This document shows positions 10,121 to 18,355 of a stretch of DNA of 64,000 nt, in pieces (the stretch's first letter is position 1; each line of letters opens with the position of its first letter). A model generated the notes under the pieces. It had not been told where the DNA came from. It saw nothing but the letters and a program-made list of their open reading frames with translations, and did no database searches. The translations under genes and the position numbers were made by a program. Origin of the DNA: an uncultured Candidatus Saccharibacteria bacterium (GTDB lineage Bacteria; Patescibacteriota; Minisyncoccia; Phycocordibacterales; JAACPR01); the NCBI GenBank assembly GCA_964538855.1, contig CAZIEY010000001.1, positions 314,188 through 378,187 on the forward strand. Direction: 5' to 3'.

Positions 10121-10461
10121 TTTTGTGCAAGGTGGTCTACAATTTTATCGAAGCTCGCACGATCCCTCTTGTGAATGATTAATCTGTACAGTAATTGTCT
10201 AACAATAAACGATCTGTCTATATCTCGATCATTTGGATCTATTTTGTCATTGAGGATTGCGTCTCTCGATATTTCGTATAATTCATTCAAGTGTTCATTG
10301 CCTGGTCGTTTCACGAACGCGCTGACCTCATTACACATTTCTTCATCCGCCACTATTTTATCTATAAAAGGTTCTACTTCCACCAGGTCTTTATCGAGTC
10401 TTGCGCGAAAAGCGATACCCTCTGCTTCTTGTTTACGTAGTGATTCGGGTGATAAGTCCAT
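10117..10461 (-). CDS. Hypothetical protein (about 114 aa)
   Basis: ORF from MDLSPES; the longer track ORF overlaps the tRNA, so it was trimmed. Confidence 0.6.
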   Translation of the reverse strand: MDLSPESLRKQEAEGIAFRARLDKDLVEVEPFIDKIVADEEMCNEVSAFVKRPGNEHLNELYEISRDAILNDKIDPNDRDIDRSFIVRQLLYRLIIHKRDRASFDKIVDHLAQN

Positions 10462-10478
10462 ATGTTTGTAATTGTTAG

Positions 10479-10550
10479 TGCTCCCGCCAGGAATCGAACC
10501 TGGATCGCAAGTTCCGCAAACTTGCGTTCTATCCATTGAACTACGGGAGC
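10479..10550 (-). tRNA. tRNA-Arg(GCG)
   Basis: Reverse complement GCTCCCG TAGTTCAATGGATAGAAC G CAAGT TTGCGGA ACTTG ... GGTTCGATTCC TGG CGGGAGC A; no encoded CCA. Confidence 0.93.
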
Positions 10551-10551
10551 T

Positions 10552-11100
10552 TTATTTTTTCAGATTAAGTATTTGTTTCTGCGCTCGCTGTTTCTGTGCG
10601 ATCGTCGCATCGAACATACGTTTCGCCGTCACTTTTTGCATCATCACTGCATCGAACTGACGTTTCGCGACCACGTTTTGCGCGAGGATTTCTTCCTCTA
10701 CCACATCTTCTTCCTGTTCCTGCTGTCGTTTTTGGAGGATTACTGCGTCGAGCTGGCGTTTTGCGACTACTTTTTGCACGAGAGCTTTTTCTTCCGCCAT
10801 CTTTTTTTCTTGCGCAGCTTTTTCTGCAGCATTCTCTTCTTTGCGATTGGTCACAATGGTCGTTATTACACCAGCTGTGACTGCGGGCAAGATACTGAGT
10901 CCTGGAATAAACTCGACCAAGTTTCCTACGAGGCTATAGTGGCTTTTCTTAACCCCTTTCATAAAGAAATAGGTCTGGAAGAAAAATGTCGACGCGGCAC
11001 TCGCAACAACATTGAGAAGGGGAAACGCGTTTGATAAATCGAATAAGGGTGCGGCGATTACCAAGATGATAATATCGATGGATGATAATTTTCGCTTCAT
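10552..11100 (-). CDS. Hypothetical membrane protein with repeated C-terminal helical motif
   Basis: Hydrophobic N-half (VEFIPGLSILP), then three copies of V[VT]AKR[QM][LF]DAx3QK. Confidence 0.7.
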   Translation of the reverse strand: MKRKLSSIDIIILVIAAPLFDLSNAFPLLNVVASAASTFFFQTYFFMKGVKKSHYSLVGNLVEFIPGLSILPAVTAGVITTIVTNRKEENAAEKAAQEKKMAEEKALVQKVVAKRQLDAVILQKRQQEQEEDVVEEEILAQNVVAKRQFDAVMMQKVTAKRMFDATIAQKQRAQKQILNLKK

Positions 11101-11133
11101 GCCATTTATTGTAGCATTTCCTTTCTATCTCGA

Positions 11134-11287
11134 ATTCTAACTTGCACAATGAGGTTTCGGAAGGCTTTCGGAGTGCGACTGCAATGCGTTTGAAAATATT
11201 TGTCGAAGTCGCACGAGAACGAGCTGATTTTTCTTGATAAGGAAAAATACAGTGTCCTTCCTGAAACCTCATTGTGCAAGTTAGAAT
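11134..11287. repeat. Structured palindromic element with about 30-bp terminal inverted repeats (MITE/REP-like)
   Basis: ATTCTAACTTGCACAATGAGGTTTC..GAAGG paired with CCTTC..GAAACCTCATTGTGCAAGTTAGAAT, enclosing two internal hairpins. Confidence 0.8.
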
Positions 11288-11754
11288 CCTAACCTATCCA
11301 TGACCTTTTGAAAAGTGGGCTCCTGCAAATATTCTTCCTTCATAAATTGTGCGAGAAATTCTTGTGCGGCAGTTACAGTAATGTCTTGACCGAGCGGGAT
11401 TACAATAAGAGGCATGAAAACCTTCTTTGACTTGATCAAAATACGGTCACGATCCCAACCATCTTCATCAACTACACAAAAACTTTCAAGTGTAGTGAAG
11501 GGGTAGAGTATTTTACCGATAACGACACCACGACGGCTCATTTCAAAATTAACCATGTGTGGCGGAATGTGCGATTGCATATAGGTTGCAAAGACACCAA
11601 TCAAAATGAGGAGTGCAAAGAGGAAATTTCCAAAATAAATCGATACAATCGAAATCGCGATTGCGGTGATGCCCACAACCCAGAACCAGTCGGCGGTTTT
11701 TTCCGGCTTAATGTGATTTAACGCTTGCCACTGTAATTTTTCAGGAACGTTCAT
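11281..11754 (-). CDS. Conserved hypothetical membrane protein (2 TM plus PH-like C-terminus)
   Basis: W-x-A-x-x-H...K-x-x-DWFW start, TM hairpin, C-terminal ...RLGF; pattern typical of CPR proteins. Confidence 0.75.
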   Translation of the reverse strand: MNVPEKLQWQALNHIKPEKTADWFWVVGITAIAISIVSIYFGNFLFALLILIGVFATYMQSHIPPHMVNFEMSRRGVVIGKILYPFTTLESFCVVDEDGWDRDRILIKSKKVFMPLIVIPLGQDITVTAAQEFLAQFMKEEYLQEPTFQKVMDRLGF

Positions 11755-11770
11755 TGCACTAATTATCTAT

Positions 11771-11800
11771 GAAAAAACACCCTGTGTCGAGGTGTTTTTC
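11771..11800 (-). terminator. Probable terminator hairpin
   Basis: GAAAAAACACC...GGTGTTTTTC downstream of the VKOR gene. Confidence 0.55.
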
Positions 11801-11827
11801 CGCTGCAGATGTTAGGTCGCGAGGTAC

Positions 11828-12724
11828 TTACATAAAGCTCATCCACACCAACGCATACCACGCGATAAGGGATACTGCTGATTGTACAAACGCAACGCCG
11901 CGCAATCTGCGTGTGTCATCAACGTGAAGCGACTCGAGGCTCGTATATTTTTTCGCCAATTCCGGCATTGTCTGCAAGCTCGAGAAAAGGGAATTGAGAA
12001 TGATGACGATCACAAGCACTGCTTCGACTGTTATTCTTGCGAGCATCGCGTCATTGACCGGCCCAATCAAAAAGATACCGACATTGCTGAGGATAAAGAG
12101 AAACAACACGAACCAGTTAATTTGCGACAAGTTTTTAATAATCGCATGTTCGTGCGCATCAACCACCAAATCCTTAAGAAATTTAAAGACGGAAAATTCC
12201 TGATATGTCGCGATGATGACTGCGGCAATGAGCGCAATAATTTCAACGATGCCGATAAGGCCTGCTACCTGCGGCAAGTACGCGAGAAATTCACTTCCGC
12301 TTTCGAGCACTTTCATAAATGCGAAAATAAAAATCAGAGTAGAAGACAGCGCCGAGCCCAAACACCATGTACAAAAGTTTTTGAGACGGAACACCTGGAT
12401 CGCGGTCAAATAAATAGAAAAGAGAAGTCCGCCGAATGTGAGACCGAGCGAAATAAAGAGTACGAAATTCGTAATCAGGGTAGGGGCGACAATGCCGACC
12501 GCGTACACGAGCGCCGTCACGGCATAATACACAAACCCCATCTTTTCCAAATCGAGTCCGAAAAATTTCGAGTACTCGCTGAAAACGACCTTGGTGCAAT
12601 CTGCGCCGACCATGCACACCATGGCACCACCTTGCTTGACCTTTTGCTTTTCCTTGCGAATTCGATACGTGATGTAGAGGCCCGCGAGGGAAGCGACCAC
12701 AATCAAAATATTAAAGATGTTCAT
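11828..12724 (-). CDS. Vitamin K epoxide reductase (VKOR) family protein with extra C-terminal TM domain
   Basis: CMVGADC..V..SEYSKFFG loop and CTWC redox motif; start ATG 12724 follows TACAAT. Confidence 0.9.
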   Translation of the reverse strand: MNIFNILIVVASLAGLYITYRIRKEKQKVKQGGAMVCMVGADCTKVVFSEYSKFFGLDLEKMGFVYYAVTALVYAVGIVAPTLITNFVLFISLGLTFGGLLFSIYLTAIQVFRLKNFCTWCLGSALSSTLIFIFAFMKVLESGSEFLAYLPQVAGLIGIVEIIALIAAVIIATYQEFSVFKFLKDLVVDAHEHAIIKNLSQINWFVLFLFILSNVGIFLIGPVNDAMLARITVEAVLVIVIILNSLFSSLQTMPELAKKYTSLESLHVDDTRRLRGVAFVQSAVSLIAWYALVWMSFM

Positions 12725-12770
12725 GTAAATATTGTAACACAGAGCAGTGCGCCTAACCCATGCAGTCAAT

Positions 12771-12798
12771 TTGACATATCTGACTCGACTGATATTAT
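12771..12798 (+). promoter_or_regulatory. sigma70 promoter of the tyr leader
   Basis: TTGACA (12771-76), 16 bp, then TG-a-TATTAT (12793-98). Confidence 0.7.
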
Positions 12799-12807
12799 GT
12801 CTTTACT

Positions 12808-12894
12808 ATGCGAAAGATGTTCACATCATACAACCCTTCTTATCGACGCTATCTTACTCAACAAACGCCGAGGGTATTTTTAGTTGTTACATAA
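12808..12894 (+). CDS. Putative attenuator leader peptide MRKMFTSYNPSYRRYLTQQTPRVFLVVT (28 aa)
   Basis: Short ORF absent from the track; 3 Tyr and 2 Phe codons; lies just upstream of a terminator and the Tyr biosynthesis genes. Confidence 0.7.
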   Translation: MRKMFTSYNPSYRRYLTQQTPRVFLVVT

Positions 12895-12926
12895 CAAACA
12901 CACAATCGTAAAAGGATGTTTGAGAC

Positions 12927-12962
12927 AACAAGAGACCTCGGCATGGAGGTCTCTTGTTTTGT
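12927..12962 (+). terminator. Attenuator terminator hairpin
   Basis: AACAAGAGACCTC-ggcatg-GAGGTCTCTTGTT-TTGT; its left arm and loop are complementary to GCCGAGG at 12867-73. Confidence 0.8.
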
Positions 12963-13032
12963 GTGGAGGAGGGGAGGGTGAAAGACGGAAAACGAAATCA
13001 TTAATTACTTGAATTAACATTATAATAAAAAT

Positions 13033-14058
13033 ATGAAACACAAAGACAATAATAAGTTAACATTCGGCATTATCGGGTACGGCAGATTCGGGTCACTGTG
13101 GGCAAATCATTTGTCGACACTCGGAACTGTTTTTGTGTTTGATGCAAAAAATAAAGTGACAGAAAAAACTCCGCGTATTATCTCGGCAAGTTTACACGAG
13201 ACAGTTTCCGCTGACATTGTATTTCTTGCGGTGCCCATGTCTGAATTGCAAAATTGTTGCGAAAATATTAGCCCTCTTTTGTCACCACACACATTGGTGG
13301 TAGACGTATGCTCAATCAAAACATGGCCGATTACTATCATGAAGAAATGTTTGCCAAAAAAACAACCTATATTGGCGACACACCCATTGTTTGGGCCAGA
13401 TGCTGCAAAAATGAATGGAGGCATCCATGGGTTGAAAATCGTTGTGTGTCCAACAAAAAGAGAAGGTGCGCTCGGAAAAAAGTTGCTCGACATATTTAAA
13501 AAATTACAGCTGAATGTTATTACTGCGACTGCTCGGCAGCATGATCAGCAAATGGCTAACTCACAAGCCCTGATGCATTTTATCGGTCGAAGTCTGGTAG
13601 ATTTGAAATTACATCAGCAGGACATTTCTACGCCGAGCTATGATAATTTGGTGCGAATGTGTCAGACAGTCAATAATGATACGTTGCAATTATTTTTTGA
13701 TATGCAGACCAAGAATCCGTTTGCGAGTGTCATCCGGGATACGTTTGTGCACAATGTGGGCGCACTCAATGAATCAATAATGTTGCACGACGATACATTG
13801 CAAGGATTGAGGTTGCACATAGAAAAAATCGATCGCACTATTATCAGACTTTTATCGACTCGATTACAAATTGCAAAAAAGATAGGTGTTCTGAAACAGG
13901 CGCAGGGGATAGCAGTGGTAGATCCTAATCGAGAAGCGCAGCTTAAGGATTTGCATCGTACATATAGTGAGCATGATAAAATCGATTATGAATTTATTAG
14001 CAACATCTTTAATCTAGTTATCAATCATTCGCGCTCCGTTCAACATAAAAATATATGA
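13033..14058 (+). CDS. tyrA: Prephenate/arogenate dehydrogenase fused to C-terminal chorismate mutase (AroQ)
   Basis: GIIGYGRFG, DVCSIK, THPLFGP and HDQQMA.SQAL.HF motifs; C-terminal LR..IEKID..II.LLS.R...A..IG..K...V.DP.RE. Confidence 0.9.
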   Translation: MKHKDNNKLTFGIIGYGRFGSLWANHLSTLGTVFVFDAKNKVTEKTPRIISASLHETVSADIVFLAVPMSELQNCCENISPLLSPHTLVVDVCSIKTWPITIMKKCLPKKQPILATHPLFGPDAAKMNGGIHGLKIVVCPTKREGALGKKLLDIFKKLQLNVITATARQHDQQMANSQALMHFIGRSLVDLKLHQQDISTPSYDNLVRMCQTVNNDTLQLFFDMQTKNPFASVIRDTFVHNVGALNESIMLHDDTLQGLRLHIEKIDRTIIRLLSTRLQIAKKIGVLKQAQGIAVVDPNREAQLKDLHRTYSEHDKIDYEFISNIFNLVINHSRSVQHKNI

Positions 14059-15221
14059 AAAAATTAGACATCTTACAAATTCCACCTTCTGAAACCGTCG
14101 CAATCAATACTATTGCGCTTGAAAAAATTCGCGCCGGAGAAAAGATATACAATTTGAGCGCCGGGGAACCAATGATGCCTGCTCCAGACGTCGCGACACG
14201 CGCATTAGTGCAAGCAGTGCAAGAAGAAAAAACTCATTATCCTCCAGTAGCAGGTCTTCCAGAATTGCGACAAATTGCCGCCGAGTGGATGAATGAGCTT
14301 TATGGTTCTCAATTTAAAAAAGAAACTACGCTCGTTGTGAACGGCGGAAAATTCGGTATTTTTATGTTGCTTCAAGCACTTCTCAAGCCAGGTGATGAGG
14401 TTTTGATTCAAGCACCATACTGGGTTTCATACCCCAATATAGTTCGATTGTTTAAGGGGGTACCGATAATACTATCATCGTCGCAAAAGAATGGATGGAA
14501 AATTACACCCGAAGATATTATTAAAAACACCACCGAAAAAACGAAGGTTCTCATATTAAATAATGCAGGGAACCCGACGGGCGCGCTCTACAACGCGTCA
14601 GAAATCAAAGATATTTTGGATACTGCCCACAAGCTCGGCCTATTTGTGATTTCAGATGAAGTATATAGCGGGCTCGTGTATGACGACGCAACATTTGCAT
14701 CGTGCGCATCATTCGGAGAATTTCGTGAAAATGTCGCAATTATTCAAAGCTGCTCAAAGAATTTTGCTATGACAGGTTTTCGAATTGGATTTGTGTTTGC
14801 GAGCGAGGTTGTGATAAAAACACTTGGCGATCTCGTCAGTCAAAGTACGAGCGGTGTGACTACTATGTGCCAACATGCTGCTATAGAGGTGTTCAAAGAT
14901 GCACAACGTGTAACCCGCGAAGTGAATGCCGAGATGAAACGACGACGTGATATTTTTGTGAATGAATTTAACGCAGCGTTCGGTTCGTCGGTTACAATGC
15001 CGGAATCAGGACTTTATGTATTTGTGCCGCTCTCTGTGATGGGATGGAAGGGTGGGGATTCTGCTGCATTTTGCAAATGGGCGATTGAAAAGGCTGGCGT
15101 CGCATCCGTGCCGGGCAGCGCATTTGGATCAGAAGGATATGTGCGTTTTTCTTTTGGTGAACGACCAGATGTGTTAAAGGAGGGTGTTCGTGCATTAGCA
15201 CAATGTATCAAAAACATGTAA
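14055..15221 (+). CDS. PLP-dependent class I/II aminotransferase (AspB-like)
   Basis: GEP, PYWVSY, NPTG, SDEVY and SKNFAMTGFRIG motifs; start overlaps the tyrA end. Confidence 0.92.
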   Translation: MKKLDILQIPPSETVAINTIALEKIRAGEKIYNLSAGEPMMPAPDVATRALVQAVQEEKTHYPPVAGLPELRQIAAEWMNELYGSQFKKETTLVVNGGKFGIFMLLQALLKPGDEVLIQAPYWVSYPNIVRLFKGVPIILSSSQKNGWKITPEDIIKNTTEKTKVLILNNAGNPTGALYNASEIKDILDTAHKLGLFVISDEVYSGLVYDDATFASCASFGEFRENVAIIQSCSKNFAMTGFRIGFVFASEVVIKTLGDLVSQSTSGVTTMCQHAAIEVFKDAQRVTREVNAEMKRRRDIFVNEFNAAFGSSVTMPESGLYVFVPLSVMGWKGGDSAAFCKWAIEKAGVASVPGSAFGSEGYVRFSFGERPDVLKEGVRALAQCIKNM

Positions 15222-15277
15222 TGCATTGCCGCAGGTGGTTGCGCGGTTTCGTTTTTTCCGTTAATATGCAATGCATT

Positions 15278-15367
15278 GGAGAGATGGCAGAGTGGTTGAA
15301 TGCACCGGTCTTGAAAACCGGAATATCCTAACGGGTATCGTGAGTTCGAATCTCACTCTCTCCGCCA
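15278..15367 (+). tRNA. tRNA-Ser(TGA)
   Basis: GGAGAGA...CCGGT CTTGAAA ACCGG, long variable arm, TTCGAATC, ends TCTCTCCG-CCA. Confidence 0.95.
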
Positions 15368-15393
15368 AGTCGTATTAGTATGATGCAAGCGTC

Positions 15394-16392
15394 ATGACCC
15401 TTAAAACTTTAACAGAAAATGATTTACGAGAGAGTGACTTCGTGAATACATTTGCTGATTTTATCGTTTTTGATAAAGATAGTTGCACGTTAATAATAAA
15501 AAAACTGAAACTGCATTCATCTGATAGTAATAAGATGCTGCTAACACAGGTTAAGAGTAAGTTTGTCCCCAATAATCTCGAAGTAAAGATTTTGCACCTT
15601 AGTGAGGTTGAATTTGAGGCTGACAACGTAACTTTTCTGTCGGCTGATAAGTTGGTTTTATCATCATGTTCAATAACGAAAGAGGCTACGTTCGCTGGAT
15701 ACCCAAGAGAGGTTGAGATCATTAACTGCGATATCCCGAAATTTAACTTCTATTTAGGCATACCAAGCTTAAAAGTAATTGATAGTAATATAGGTGTTAT
15801 TTCTATCGGGTTTGGTGCTTCGGGTGAATCAAATGTAAAAACCATAAATATTCAAGGCAAAAGTAGTATTTATAAAATAACCGGTCTGCATACGTTGTTA
15901 AGGAATGAGACTGGTACTGTAGTTATCTTCTCTCAAGAATCTAAAATTGTTGCTGATGCTGAAGAAAGTTATCGAATTATGAGACTTATTTCAAATAAGT
16001 TTGGAGACGCTGTTCAATCTCATATTTTTCATACCAAAGCTGTCGAATTATATTCTCGATATGCAGATGATGACACCAAAACATTATTATTTTTTGAAAA
16101 GTGGACAAATGATTTTGGTAGATCGATATTTTTACCCATTTTCTGGATGATAATATTCAATTTTCTTTCGATACTTATATTGGTATATTTCTCGAATAAT
16201 TTTTGCGTGGATGGCTTCTGGGATTTATTTGGTTCCATCTTGAACATTGGACCTTGGAGCAGTTTTATACCCGAAGATGTGAACAGAATCAGTTGGGAAT
16301 TCTCACTCGATTCGATTAGAAGGGTTTTGCTTGCAATACTCACTTATCAAGTTATTATTTCTGCACGAAGATTTTCATTTTCAAGAAAGTAG
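15394..16392 (+). CDS. AT-rich hypothetical protein, beta-solenoid-like N-terminus plus C-terminal TM region
   Basis: 332-aa ORF; WTNDFGRS..LP followed by TM helices; noticeably AT-rich. Confidence 0.7.
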   Translation: MTLKTLTENDLRESDFVNTFADFIVFDKDSCTLIIKKLKLHSSDSNKMLLTQVKSKFVPNNLEVKILHLSEVEFEADNVTFLSADKLVLSSCSITKEATFAGYPREVEIINCDIPKFNFYLGIPSLKVIDSNIGVISIGFGASGESNVKTINIQGKSSIYKITGLHTLLRNETGTVVIFSQESKIVADAEESYRIMRLISNKFGDAVQSHIFHTKAVELYSRYADDDTKTLLFFEKWTNDFGRSIFLPIFWMIIFNFLSILILVYFSNNFCVDGFWDLFGSILNIGPWSSFIPEDVNRISWEFSLDSIRRVLLAILTYQVIISARRFSFSRK

Positions 16393-16443
16393 TAAAGAGG
16401 ATTTCCTAAGATCGTATGTTGTAAAGATTCATCATACCACCTC

Positions 16444-17103
16444 ATGCTCCACCCAACCAACTTCCATTCCATCCCGCGCCAAGCCAAGAGGCTTGATGAA
16501 AGGCACGCCGACAACTCGCTCGAGGTTAATGTGTGTGGAATGAAAATCGCCGTGGAGCCAGGCGTGTATCAAACATCGGGGGACTCTGAATTGATGATTG
16601 AATCGGTGCAGATAACCAAAGAACAGAATTTTCTCGAGGTTGGATGTGGTACGGGTGTTATTTCGATTGCCGTGGCGCAACGATCATCCGGCGGTGTTGC
16701 TGTTGATATCAACGAAAGAGCGGTGGCGAACGCACAGCGAAATGCGGTCGCTCATAAAATCGACAATGTGAAATTCGCAGTATCGAATGTGTTTGAAAAT
16801 GTGACAGGTCTGTTTGATGTAATTATCTGCAATCCTCCGTACACACAGCACGAAGTTCGAGATACTATTGACCGCATGTTTTGGGATCCTCAAGATGAAA
16901 TGAAGAAAACTTTTTTCAAAAACGTCGGCAACCATCTGCGACCAACAGGGAAGATATATTTCGGTTGGGCGGATTTTGCCGACATCGATGTGAACTTGCC
17001 GTTCAAACTCGCCGCAGAGTACGGCTACACGCTCGTGAACACCTTTAAAAAACCTCACAAAAATGATTTTAGTTTTTATGTTTTAGAGTTTGCGAGAGGG
17101 TGA
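16444..17103 (+). CDS. SAM-dependent methyltransferase (HemK/MTS-like)
   Basis: LEVGCGTG, VDINERA and NPPY motifs. Confidence 0.88.
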   Translation: MLHPTNFHSIPRQAKRLDERHADNSLEVNVCGMKIAVEPGVYQTSGDSELMIESVQITKEQNFLEVGCGTGVISIAVAQRSSGGVAVDINERAVANAQRNAVAHKIDNVKFAVSNVFENVTGLFDVIICNPPYTQHEVRDTIDRMFWDPQDEMKKTFFKNVGNHLRPTGKIYFGWADFADIDVNLPFKLAAEYGYTLVNTFKKPHKNDFSFYVLEFARG

Positions 17104-17121
17104 CGCGTAGTGTAAGTGTTC

Positions 17122-17394
17122 TTACTTCTCCCAATATTTTATTTGTCCCAATACGAATGTGATTGCAAATATACTGTAAATTAACAAGAAAGAAATTTCC
17201 GTTAAGAAAAAACCGCAATCGATAATTAATTTTTCGTTAGATAATCTCATAATAAAACCAAGAGAAAATAGTGCTACAGGTATTGATGTGTAGACAACTA
17301 AATCTTTTCTTTCGAAATGGCGCAGTAAATTAAAGAGTAGGCGTAGTATTCCGATGCAGATAACTACGACAAACAATACTTGGTATATAAACAT
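17122..17394 (-). CDS. Small 3-TM hypothetical protein
   Basis: Hydrophobic AT-rich ORF; start uncertain. Confidence 0.5.
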   Translation of the reverse strand: MFIYQVLFVVVICIGILRLLFNLLRHFERKDLVVYTSIPVALFSLGFIMRLSNEKLIIDCGFFLTEISFLLIYSIFAITFVLGQIKYWEK

Positions 17395-17498
17395 GCGGTA
17401 AGTGTAGAATTTTAAAATATATAAACAAGCTCTAAAAGTATTACGCAATTTTAAATATTTAATGCAAATCATACGCCGAAAAATGTTATTATATAAGC

Positions 17499-17909
17499 AT
17501 GTCCATAAAAATATTCACCAAACTTTATCTCATCGCACTCCCAACTTTCCTCGCCATCGACGCGTTGTGGCTCGGGCTTGTTGCGAGTGATTTTTACGAT
17601 CGTTATATCGGCGGGTTGTTAAAGGACGACGTGAATTGGGTTGCCGCGTTGCTGTTCTATCTCGTGTTCATCGCGGGGCTTGTGGTGTTTGTGATTATGC
17701 CCGCCATTGAAAAGTCTTCAGCGTCGCGAGCCTTTATGCTCGGCGCATTTTTCGGCTTTGTTTGTTATGCCACCTATGACCTCACAAATCTCGCCGTCGC
17801 CAAAGATTGGCCTGTCATCGTGACTATCGTCGATTTGGCGTGGGGAGCAGTGATTGGTGGTGTGGTGTCGTGGGTGACAGTTGGGGTGGGGAGGAAGATT
17901 GAGAAGTAA
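17499..17909 (+). other. DUF2177 family membrane protein
   Basis: ID..WLG, YATYDLTNLA..KDWP and D..WG motifs. Confidence 0.85.
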
Positions 17910-17927
17910 GTTATCTACTAGTAACAA

Positions 17928-18281
17928 TTATTTGTGATTGCAAGTACCTCGAACGATTATTTCAAACTCTCGTACCTGGAAGTCTTTTAAGCCGAGCAGC
18001 TTTTTAATTTTTTCATCTGGGGCTTTGAAGTGAATTATTTTCTCACAATTCGTACACACCGCATGGTGATGAGGGTGTTGTTGATATTCATACAAAGCTT
18101 CGGTGTTATTCAGATGTAGTTTCTTAACGATACCTTCTTGTGCAAAAGCATCCACGTTACGATAAATTGTAACAGGGTCTATATCAGGCAACATTGTATG
18201 GAGTGTTTTAACGGAAGCAGCCACACCGATTTTTTGTAGTGTAGCGAGTATTTTTTCACGTTTTTTACTGTATCGTTTCAT
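17928..18281 (-). CDS. Fur-family regulator (Zur/PerR-like)
   Basis: TIYRN, HHHAVCTNC and C-terminal GTC motifs. Confidence 0.9.
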   Translation of the reverse strand: MKRYSKKREKILATLQKIGVAASVKTLHTMLPDIDPVTIYRNVDAFAQEGIVKKLHLNNTEALYEYQQHPHHHAVCTNCEKIIHFKAPDEKIKKLLGLKDFQVREFEIIVRGTCNHK

Positions 18282-18301
18282 TGTAGTACTCAGTATAACT
18301 T

Positions 18302-18339
18302 AAAAAAATATACCCCACCAGTTGCCCAGTGAGGTATAT
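18302..18339 (-). terminator. Terminator after the 18356-19156 ORF
   Basis: ATATACCCCAC...GTGAGGTATAT stem with a T-run on the minus strand. Confidence 0.6.
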
Positions 18340-18355
18340 GCATTCCGCGCTGCTG

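Noticed and set aside
10462-10536. N-terminal extension of ORF 10117-10536, plus ORFs 30831-31013, 32262-32570 and 33678-33926
   Set aside because: They overlap tRNA genes and are spurious translations
11882-12883. 333-aa plus-strand ORF
   Set aside because: Antisense shadow of the VKOR gene with a non-protein-like composition
12800-12962. T-box riboswitch upstream of tyrA
   Set aside because: No GGTGGNACC T-box motif or stem I seen; the leader-peptide model fits better
15221-15276. ATGCATTGC...GCAATGCAT inverted repeat before tRNA-Ser
   Set aside because: Short arms, plausibly a terminator or chance; no other copies seen
16444-17103. Restriction-modification DNA methyltransferase
   Set aside because: Small HemK-like size, no target-recognition domain and no adjacent nuclease
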